Assembly: GCA_046483845.1 (NCBI GenBank)
Contig: JAWOCK010000098.1
Span: 655-64,654, forward strand
Direction: 5' to 3'
DNA length: 64,000 bases
Origin: Thermoplasmatota archaeon
GTDB taxonomy: Archaea; Thermoplasmatota; Penumbrarchaeia; Penumbrarchaeales; Penumbrarchaeaceae
Below are positions 1-7,803 of this stretch, piece after piece. Position 1 is the stretch's first letter. Each line of letters begins with the position of its first letter. Position numbers and translations under genes: made by a program. Below the pieces are notes generated by a model that had not been told where the DNA came from, ran no database searches, and saw only the letters and a list, made by a program, of their open reading frames with translations.

Positions 1-297
1 AGGCTGATGCCCACATCCCCCCAGGATTACATCTCCAGGTTCTGCTCGGAGCTGAAGCTCTCCGGCGAGACCCAGACCAAGACCATGGAGATATTGAAAC
101 AGGCCGATGAGATGGAGATAACCTCCGGCAGAGGACCTACCGGCATGGCGGCTGCGGCGATATACATCGCCTCCATCATGACCAACGAGAGAAGGACCCA
201 GCGGGAGGTCGCAGATGTGGCGGGTGTTACCGAGGTCACCATAAGGAACCGCTACAAGGAACTGGCAGACAAGCTCGGTATCGACCTCGAGATCTGA
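1..297 (+). CDS. tfb: Transcription initiation factor IIB (TFB), C-terminal cyclin-fold part; the 5' end lies upstream of the window
   Basis: The ORF is open from nt 1. Translation (…[56 protein letters not shown]) matches the conserved second cyclin repeat and C-terminus of archaeal TFB/TFIIB. Confidence 0.85.
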   Translation, partial: RLMPTSPQDYISRFCSELKLSGETQTKTMEILKQADEMEITSGRGPTGMAAAAIYIASIMTNERRTQREVADVAGVTEVTIRNRYKELADKLGIDLEI

Positions 298-314
298 TAG
301 AGGGTGGCCGCCCC

Positions 315-626
315 TCAAAAATAGATGAAATAAGCGATAGCGCCGTAGCACAAAAGTGAAATGAACAAAAACGCCCAGAAGCCGATCTTCCTTATCTTAT
401 GCCTGAAAAGGACCATTGAAAGGAAGGATCCCATGAACCCCCCCAAAAGGATCGAGATTATCAAGCTGGACTCGGGTACCCGGGTCCTTCTGCCGACCGC
501 CTGGAGCTTATCGAAGGAAAAGAGCAGGAAGGATACCGTTGCGGCGGCCGCGATATAGGAAATGAACAGGTCCATATGTAATAAAAAGAACAGTGAGGCG
601 GTCATCAGTGTGATGAGCACGATCAT
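315..626 (-). CDS. Small membrane protein, DUF1294-like
   Basis: The C-terminal region (…FDKLQAVGRRTRVPESSLIISILLGGFMGSFLSMVLFRHKIRKIGFW…) resembles the DUF1294 signature. Start chosen at an internal Met; the listed 166-aa ORF is probably over-extended. Confidence 0.45.
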   Translation of the reverse strand: MIVLITLMTASLFFLLHMDLFISYIAAAATVSFLLFSFDKLQAVGRRTRVPESSLIISILLGGFMGSFLSMVLFRHKIRKIGFWAFLFISLLCYGAIAYFIYF

Positions 627-801
627 GGTCAAGAATACCTTCTGCCTGATCCTTGCGGGGTTCCTTGAACTTGCTCTCATCCATCCCATTCCTTCACACC
701 GGACCTTGTCCACCCGGATAGCTACGGGACATGGATAATATTTTCCCCGACCTGCAATGAGATAATATACGCCCATTTCATTCCGGTTCAAAGGTGATGC
801 A

Positions 802-1284
802 TTGAAGCAGAACATTGATCCGTACGAGGTGCTCGGTGTAAGTGAGGAGTCATCGCCTGAAGAGATAAGGAAGGCCTACAAGAACCTGGCCCTTAAGCTG
901 CATCCGGACAAGATCGGGACCAATCCAAGGGCGTTGGAGCAGATGAAGCTGGTCAACGAGGCCTATGCCTTGCTAAAGAACCGACTGATAAAGAAGAGCT
1001 TCGATGATAGCGATGACTGGGAGAAGGAAGCATCCATAGAGCAGAGGGAGAAGGTTTGGAGGGAATACTCCAAACAGGTGGAGGACTACTACGAAAAGCT
1101 GCAGTCACACATCAAGGAGAAGTACAAGGACATCGATGTGCAGAAGGGGAGATTGGACGATATGGAGTCGGATCTGAGAAAGAGGGAAGAGAGATTGGTA
1201 AGGAAGGAGAAGCAGCTTGATGAGCTACTACTTCACATATCCAAGGCCTACTCGCTCATCGTGGATGTCTCGAAGGAGATATAA
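802..1284 (+). CDS. J-domain (DnaJ-like) protein with charged coiled-coil C-terminus
   Basis: The N-terminus (DPYEVLGVSEESSPEEIRKAYKNLALKLHPDK) is a canonical J-domain with an HPD motif. The rest is K/E-rich and predicted coiled-coil. Apparent TTG start. Confidence 0.75.
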   Translation: MKQNIDPYEVLGVSEESSPEEIRKAYKNLALKLHPDKIGTNPRALEQMKLVNEAYALLKNRLIKKSFDDSDDWEKEASIEQREKVWREYSKQVEDYYEKLQSHIKEKYKDIDVQKGRLDDMESDLRKREERLVRKEKQLDELLLHISKAYSLIVDVSKEI

Positions 1285-1288
1285 CGTT

Positions 1289-2632
1289 CTATGTCCAATG
1301 TACAGCACTTATGAACTCGTCCCACTGGGTATCCTTTGCGAACTGGATATCCTCGTATGCAGGCATGTAGGATGAAGACCTGTATGGCAGGTATATCGAA
1401 ACCCCGTGGGCGTCGGGGTGCCCGCCGTCATCAAGGGTTCTCCTGTACATCAATATCAACTCATCCACGGCGTCCATTATGGATTGTGCATGTGAGGACC
1501 TCAGGGTGCCTGCGGTCGCTTTGGAGAGCTGGTAGGCGAGATCATAGACGTCGTAGTTTGTATAGACCGCATTGTAACCTATCCATTCCATCTGGTGAGA
1601 GAAGTATTCCGTATAGAGTTCGCTGTTCTGATACTCGGGGTGGCCTATGACCGTGTTTATTAAAAGTGCCTGATTTACGGTTTGACCGAACCCTGTGACC
1701 TTTGGGATGAGCTCGCTGGCTAGAAGGTCCAGTGATCTGACAAGCGGCTCTACATTGGATAGATTGAATACACCGAACACGTCCGAATAACCTTCCTTGG
1801 GAATGTAAGGTGGAGCCCTCCACGGTCCGTAGGGCATAAAGGTATCGCCCATGGTCAGTGCGAACTCCTCCCCTGTCATCTCCGGATAGGAGGACAGCTC
1901 TCTCCAGCATTCATCATACTGCCAGTTGCCCGGTTCCCAGACATCGTTCTCCGGTTCCGCCTCAGCTCCCCAACCATAAGTGGAGCCAGCAACGAAATAG
2001 TTGCAGGAACTGCTTATCTCGTAGGCGAACTCCACCATTCCGACCAGGCAGGCCTCCGTGGAAAGTACCTCGACATTCTTCCCTATATGTTCCTTGAAGG
2101 CATCCAAGGTCCTTCCGGTCTCCGGCAGATCCAGGTGATCATTGGAAAGCACATCCCAGCAGATACCCCTCCAACCGCCTCCGTGGTTGGCCAGATGGAC
2201 ATTGTATCTTTTGGCGGGATAATTATCCGCCCCCCATTTCAGGAACTCCAGGAGCTGGTCCCCATCGCCAGTGTTCAGCTCTCCGTCTGTCCATTCGGGA
2301 TCTATATCGGTTAGGTTCAGCTCCTTCGAGCCGTTCTGTTCCAGCTCCAGCAGTCTGGTGTCCCCTTCCTCTTCCTTGTCAAGTATGATAATAACGTTCA
2401 CCTTTTCGTTGTCGGGGACCATCTCGAGGAAATGGAGGTTGCACAGCATCATGTTCCATTCACCGAGATCTCCCTCCCCGCACATCCACATCAGGGAGGT
2501 CCACTCGGCAACATCGGTGCTTTTCTCATCACCGCCCCCCGGTTCCTCTCCCCCTCCGAAGACGACGACTGCGGCGATGATGAGAAGGGCAGATGCCGCA
2601 AGTGCTGCAAGGACCTTATGCTGCTTGTTCAT
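1289..2632 (-). CDS. Membrane-anchored clostripain-like (C11, clan CD) cysteine peptidase
   Basis: N-terminal hydrophobic anchor (LAALAASALLIIAAVVVF). His-Gly dyad motif (VHLANHGGGW) and Cys motif (LSTEACLVG) have the spacing and context typical of clan CD / clostripain-family peptidases. Confidence 0.55.
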   Translation of the reverse strand: MNKQHKVLAALAASALLIIAAVVVFGGGEEPGGGDEKSTDVAEWTSLMWMCGEGDLGEWNMMLCNLHFLEMVPDNEKVNVIIILDKEEEGDTRLLELEQNGSKELNLTDIDPEWTDGELNTGDGDQLLEFLKWGADNYPAKRYNVHLANHGGGWRGICWDVLSNDHLDLPETGRTLDAFKEHIGKNVEVLSTEACLVGMVEFAYEISSSCNYFVAGSTYGWGAEAEPENDVWEPGNWQYDECWRELSSYPEMTGEEFALTMGDTFMPYGPWRAPPYIPKEGYSDVFGVFNLSNVEPLVRSLDLLASELIPKVTGFGQTVNQALLINTVIGHPEYQNSELYTEYFSHQMEWIGYNAVYTNYDVYDLAYQLSKATAGTLRSSHAQSIMDAVDELILMYRRTLDDGGHPDAHGVSIYLPYRSSSYMPAYEDIQFAKDTQWDEFISAVHWT

Positions 2633-2696
2633 AATAGACCAAATTCGGGGTTTCCCTTAATAAGATTCCGATTCTTCCCATGACGGATCGTGTCCT

Positions 2697-3593
2697 TCAG
2701 GTGTTCCTGGCGACCAGATAGATACCGATTAGGACCAAGGGACCGCCCAACAGGGCACCGGCACCGGGGAGCTCCTGAAGGATCAACACTGCAAGAACAG
2801 TGGATCCCACGGGCTCACCCAAAAGTGATACCGAAACCAGGGTGGGTGAGACGTATCTCAAGGTCCAATTGTATATTGTGTGGCCTGCCAGCATGGGGCC
2901 GATCGCCAGTGCAAAGAGGATCAGATATTCCACCGGATCATCCGAAAGGAACCTCACCCCCAGGATGAATATGGCGATCAGTAAAAAGAGCGCTGCCCAC
3001 AGGTAGACTATGAATGCATAGGTGGGGAGGGACATCTCTTTCCTGTACCGGGACCCGGCAAGTATGTAAATACCGAACATCACCGCGCCCCCAAGTGCCA
3101 ACAGGTTCCCCAACACCGTCCCCTTTGACATCGTCAGGTCACCTCCGATCAGCACAAAGGAGCCGATCAGTGCCAATACCATCCCCATTACTGCCCTGGC
3201 ACCGAGCTTCTCCTTGAAGAACCAGACGGAAATGGATGCGACGAACAGTGGATGAGTGGTCACAAGTAGCACCGAACTCGATACCTTGGTGAACTGAAAG
3301 GACCAGATCCAAAGGGCGAAATGGGAAGCCAGTGCAAGTCCCACCAGGGAAAGTTCGACGACCTTCTTCCTCGAGAGCACGCTCCTCTCCCTTCCGAAGG
3401 TCCATATGAAAAATGGGAGCAGGACCGCATCGGCAATAAGAAGTCTCCATGCGGAAATGGCCAGAGGATGGCTGCTTGATAGTTTTATCAATATGGCCGC
3501 TGTAGAGACCGCTGCCATTGCCGCAAATACCCAATATTTGGAGGAGCCCTTGTTGAAGAGCGCTCCAAGAGCTCCGTCTCCGCTGTCGACCAT
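2697..3593 (-). CDS. EamA/DMT-superfamily transporter (10-TM)
   Basis: Hydrophobic 298-aa protein with two repeated 5-TM halves typical of EamA domains. Confidence 0.7.
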   Translation of the reverse strand: MVDSGDGALGALFNKGSSKYWVFAAMAAVSTAAILIKLSSSHPLAISAWRLLIADAVLLPFFIWTFGRERSVLSRKKVVELSLVGLALASHFALWIWSFQFTKVSSSVLLVTTHPLFVASISVWFFKEKLGARAVMGMVLALIGSFVLIGGDLTMSKGTVLGNLLALGGAVMFGIYILAGSRYRKEMSLPTYAFIVYLWAALFLLIAIFILGVRFLSDDPVEYLILFALAIGPMLAGHTIYNWTLRYVSPTLVSVSLLGEPVGSTVLAVLILQELPGAGALLGGPLVLIGIYLVARNT

Positions 3594-3634
3594 ATCGTTT
3601 TGAGAACTCCAACGCGGTTATTTAATAGGTTCTC

Positions 3635-4690
3635 GTGATAATGAGAGCCATGGACCAGGTGGGATACCCCTGGAGGATCAAGAGGGGGAGCAGCACCCTG
3701 GAGCTCACCCGACCCGTGGTGGTAGCTCCCATGGCGGGAGCCTATGATCCACCGTACAGGATGGTACTGCACCAGCTGGGCCTGGAGCTGTCGTTCACGG
3801 AGATGATAAGTGCAAGGGCGGTCCACGAGGGGTCGAACAGAACACGATCGATCTCCGATTGGGTGCCCGAAGAGGGATACTCCTGCGCCCAGATCTTCGG
3901 AGCGGACCCCATATATCTATCAACTGCCGCCCGCAGGATGGAGAGGATGGGGCACTCGATGATAGATCTCAATGCGGGATGCCCCAAGAGGAAGGTTACC
4001 GGAACTGGTGCAGGTTCAGCACTGCTCAGGGCACCATCCGTATTCCTCCGGTGCATCTGCTCCATCCTGGATTCTGTAAAGGTCCCCGTGGGAACGAAGA
4101 TAAGGTCAGGCTACAGCGAATATGATGATAACTTGCTCAGGGTGCTTGTAAAAGACCTACAGGGAGCAGGGATATCATATATCGCGGTCCACCCCCGCAC
4201 CGGTAAGCAGCAGTACACCGGAAAGGTTGACCGAAAGCTTATCGGAAAGGTCCGGTCATGGGTTGACATTCCCATCCTGGCCTCCGGGGATGTCAAGGGT
4301 CCTGAGGATGTGGAGCAATACCTGGACCTGGGTGCTTCCTCTGTCATGTTCGCAAGGGGAGCTCTTGGAGACCCGTTGTGGTTCGGAAGGACCCTGACCT
4401 GTTTGAACGGGGACAAGGAGTGGGTAAAAGACCCTGCCGGAGGTCAGGATGGATTGAAGGAACATCTCTCCCTGGTCAGGGACCATCTTGAAAACGCATG
4501 TGAATGGTACGGGGAGAAGAGAGGCTGTATAGAGTTCAGAAAGCATCTGGTCTGGTATATGAAGTGGTTCAGGAAGAGGGGTCCCTTCAGGGAAAGGGCA
4601 TATTCCATCAATACCAAGAACGATGCTCTTTCCCTTATATGCGACCTGGAGACGGAATGGGCCCGGGACCTTCAGATGAACCTTTATTAG
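3635..4690 (+). CDS. dus: tRNA-dihydrouridine synthase
   Basis: N-terminal VVVAPMAGAYDPPYR (FMN-binding Dus signature) and the conserved catalytic NAGCP motif (LNAGCPKRKV). TIM-barrel length. Confidence 0.8.
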   Translation: MIMRAMDQVGYPWRIKRGSSTLELTRPVVVAPMAGAYDPPYRMVLHQLGLELSFTEMISARAVHEGSNRTRSISDWVPEEGYSCAQIFGADPIYLSTAARRMERMGHSMIDLNAGCPKRKVTGTGAGSALLRAPSVFLRCICSILDSVKVPVGTKIRSGYSEYDDNLLRVLVKDLQGAGISYIAVHPRTGKQQYTGKVDRKLIGKVRSWVDIPILASGDVKGPEDVEQYLDLGASSVMFARGALGDPLWFGRTLTCLNGDKEWVKDPAGGQDGLKEHLSLVRDHLENACEWYGEKRGCIEFRKHLVWYMKWFRKRGPFRERAYSINTKNDALSLICDLETEWARDLQMNLY

Positions 4691-4740
4691 TCTGGACATC
4701 TATTTCGTTTCCCGAGATATCCATATCGGAGGTTCCCCAG

Positions 4741-7700
4741 ATGTACATCGGCAAAGAAAAGGTTTTTCCAGCCTGCCTGTTGACGGCAGTTATGCTGCTG
4801 TCTCCCTTTCTGATCGTGACCATGAGCGCGGAGGAAACTGTTTCCGAAAAAGAGCCTGCAACACGGGCCGAAAAATATTACCTGTCGGAACAGGACATAT
4901 ATCTTCCGAATGCGGAGAACAAGGACAATCTCTACCTGATAGCTTGGGTCGAGAGTGCGGACACCTACATAGGGACCAATATCAACGGAGGCAATTATGA
5001 GTTCAACTTCAGGACCATCGCGAACTCCTTCCCGATAAAGATCGACGGCTCGACACAGAGCTCGGGCTCGAAGAGAAGGGTCATGGTGGAGCTCTTCACT
5101 GCAAAGGACTGTCCTTACTGTCCCGGAGCTGACGGGTCCGTTGATGCAGTGGCCGACGAGAGGTTCCCGGACGACATGACCTTGATCTCATGGCATGAGG
5201 GATTGGAACCCGGCGGGGACAACCTTCAGAACAAGTATTCCGAGGGCAGGAACAGCGGATACAGTGTCGTATCGATGCCCAAACCCACTGTTATATTCGA
5301 CGGGGAAATTGCGCTCGTCGGAGGGGATCCCAGTGCAAGCGCACCTGACCTTGTGAAAGCCTACAACACAGTTGTGGACTATGCAATGGTGGAGCCTCCC
5401 ATGGTATCGATCTCCGGGTCCGGGAGCGCGTCTGGCGATATGATAGGTTTCAACACAAGTTTTCAGATCATGAACCCGATGCCCAGGGGTAACTGGTCGT
5501 TCAAGGTGGCCGTCTGTGAGGACATCCAGACAGAACACCAGGGAGCCGAGATCAGGTTCATTCCGAAATACGTCAAGACCAGCAGGATAACCGGACTCCT
5601 GGAGGGGTTCCCTGAGGTACAGCTCCATGATCAGCAGATGTTCAGCGATATCGACAGGAACGATGTACAAGAAGAGCTAGAGGTCCTCTGGACGGCCAGC
5701 GATCCCGAGGATGGAAATGATGTTGAGATAGATATCCTGATCAGCAGGGACCATGAAGCGTGGGAGAACGTGGCCTCTGGTCTATCCAACACCGGATCTT
5801 ACATATGGGATACCCTGGACCCGAGGGCACCGGACGGTGGATATCGGCTCAGGGTACTGGCCAGGGATAGCGATGGGAACGAGGTCCTCTCCGGGGAGGT
5901 CTCCACCTTCACTTTGGACAATAGGGACCCTCCCGAGGGAGAGATCACGGTCCCGGGAAAAGCCGGGGCATCGCTGGGAGGACGTATTACCTTCAAGTGG
6001 AACTCCTCTGATGATGAAGATGAGGTATCACAGCTGAAGGAACGGGTTTCGATCTCGGATGATGCGGGTACCACCTGGAGGGTTCTCACCACGGATCCCA
6101 GCGGCTGGGAGACCAACGACGGTAAGTTCATGATGAACTCACTGGTATATCCTGACCTTGACACATACGTGCTGAAGGTGGAGATCAAGGACAGGGATGA
6201 TATGATCACACCTTTGATATCTCCAAGGTTCGAGATATACAACAACGATGCTCCGGAGCCTACCATAATATCGCCTGCTTTCAAAGAGCAGATCACGGGG
6301 ACCCTTGATATCGGATGGAGTGCCCATGATGAAGAGGATGTTGCCTGGGGGATGTTCGAGAACATGACAGGCAACTTCTCCGTAAGGAAGTTGGGAAAAG
6401 ATGAATGGGTCAAGCTGTTCATCGGTCATCTCGATGAGGAGATGGAGAACAAGACATTCGATACCTCCGTGCTTCAGGGGGATGGAGATTACGTTCTCCG
6501 GTTCACGGTCACCGACTCCAGGGGGAGATCCGCGTTCGTTGAACGAGAATTCAGTGTCTACGATCCCGACCCTCCTGTCTTCACATCCCCTATAAAGGTA
6601 CCGTCGACAGAGGACGATCACCGAAATCGGATGTTCAACATCTCCTGGGAAGCAGAGGATGACGATGCCGGTGAGACGATAAGGTATACCCTGGAGATCT
6701 CCCCGGTTTCAGAGAACAACTGGACCTCCATTGCAGAGAAGATAACGGATACCGAGTACAGCATCAACCTTTCCGGTTACCAGGAGGGAAGGTACAAGCT
6801 GAGGATCACGGCTGTCGATTCTAGCCCATACAAGCTCAGCTCGGAGATAGAGTATGGTCCCTTCTATTGGAACGCGCCTGACAGGCCCGATCTGGAGTTC
6901 CTCTCACCCTATCCAGGATCCGATGAGGTCATCGAGGATGAAACGGGCCTTGCGAACCTCACCGGTTTCATGACGTATCCCGTAATCTGGAGCGGCTCCG
7001 ATCCCGACGGTGACAACATCACTTATTCATTGTATTACAAAAAGCAGAGCGACGAGGAATGGACATTGGTGGAAGATGGCATGGAAAAGAGCTCGGTCAT
7101 GTGGAACCTCTCCGGGTTCACCGACGGAAAGTACCTTCTCAGACTGGTGGGGGTGGACTCCTCACCCCAGAAGCTGAGTTCTGAGATCATTGCGGGACCA
7201 TATATCGTCGATGTTCCCTGGGACCCGCCAGTTGAAGATGACGATATCGAAGACGATGACGCAATAGATGACAATGATACAGTTGACAAAGGTATGGATC
7301 TGACCTTCATATTGATCTCGGCCACGGTGATCATATTATTAGCCATATTGGTGGCTGGCCTGGTGATCTTCCTCATGTCCCGGATCAAGGGTAAACAAAA
7401 AGAGACCTCTCCACCTGTGGTCCCCACCGAATCAGATGTGGACCTCTCCTCCATTCCGGGGTTCGAAAGACAGATGCCAACCAACATGCCACCGCAGCAG
7501 ATGATGCAGCCTCAAGACCCTGTACAACAGACGCCCGCTCGACCAATGCAGGAGCAGTCTCCGGTATCCGGGACCACTCAGGCACCCGAGATCCCACCTA
7601 GCGATAAAGGTGCGGCCCCGCCGGTTATGGAGCAGACGCCTGAAGAGGTACCGACACCCACCCCGCAGGTTCCTGAGAGTGGGGAGCAGGGCCTTCAGGA

Positions 7701-7803
7701 TACAGAACAGCAAGAGGAACCCCCTGGGCAGGATACCGATAAGGTTTCCGAGGAGGAAGAAAAAGGACCCATGGGCCCGCCGCCTTCGATACCTGACATC
7801 TAG
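4741..7803 (+). CDS. Large exported, membrane-anchored protein: N-terminal thioredoxin/glutaredoxin-like CPYC domain, tandem acidic Ig/Fn3-like beta-sandwich repeats, C-terminal TM and long Pro/Gln-rich cytoplasmic tail
   Basis: Start moved to MYIGKEK, followed by a signal/TM segment (LLTAVMLLSPFLIV). VMVELFTAKDCPYCPGADG is a thioredoxin-fold beta-strand plus CPYC active site. At least four ~100-aa repeats share W-x-[SA]-x-D-[DE]-D and Y-x-L/R-V-x-[AV]-D-S motifs. C-terminal TM (ILISATVIILLAILVAGLVIFL) is followed by a ~150-aa P/Q/E-rich tail. Confidence 0.7.
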   Translation: MYIGKEKVFPACLLTAVMLLSPFLIVTMSAEETVSEKEPATRAEKYYLSEQDIYLPNAENKDNLYLIAWVESADTYIGTNINGGNYEFNFRTIANSFPIKIDGSTQSSGSKRRVMVELFTAKDCPYCPGADGSVDAVADERFPDDMTLISWHEGLEPGGDNLQNKYSEGRNSGYSVVSMPKPTVIFDGEIALVGGDPSASAPDLVKAYNTVVDYAMVEPPMVSISGSGSASGDMIGFNTSFQIMNPMPRGNWSFKVAVCEDIQTEHQGAEIRFIPKYVKTSRITGLLEGFPEVQLHDQQMFSDIDRNDVQEELEVLWTASDPEDGNDVEIDILISRDHEAWENVASGLSNTGSYIWDTLDPRAPDGGYRLRVLARDSDGNEVLSGEVSTFTLDNRDPPEGEITVPGKAGASLGGRITFKWNSSDDEDEVSQLKERVSISDDAGTTWRVLTTDPSGWETNDGKFMMNSLVYPDLDTYVLKVEIKDRDDMITPLISPRFEIYNNDAPEPTIISPAFKEQITGTLDIGWSAHDEEDVAWGMFENMTGNFSVRKLGKDEWVKLFIGHLDEEMENKTFDTSVLQGDGDYVLRFTVTDSRGRSAFVEREFSVYDPDPPVFTSPIKVPSTEDDHRNRMFNISWEAEDDDAGETIRYTLEISPVSENNWTSIAEKITDTEYSINLSGYQEGRYKLRITAVDSSPYKLSSEIEYGPFYWNAPDRPDLEFLSPYPGSDEVIEDETGLANLTGFMTYPVIWSGSDPDGDNITYSLYYKKQSDEEWTLVEDGMEKSSVMWNLSGFTDGKYLLRLVGVDSSPQKLSSEIIAGPYIVDVPWDPPVEDDDIEDDDAIDDNDTVDKGMDLTFILISATVIILLAILVAGLVIFLMSRIKGKQKETSPPVVPTESDVDLSSIPGFERQMPTNMPPQQMMQPQDPVQQTPARPMQEQSPVSGTTQAPEIPPSDKGAAPPVMEQTPEEVPTPTPQVPESGEQGLQDTEQQEEPPGQDTDKVSEEEEKGPMGPPPSIPDI

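Noticed and set aside
4504-4740. Upstream extension of the 4504-7803 ORF overlapping the dus gene 3' end
   Set aside because: The first 79 codons are in a different frame over dus and have no signal-peptide character. The hydrophobic signal sequence begins right after MYIGKEK at 4741, so the start was moved.
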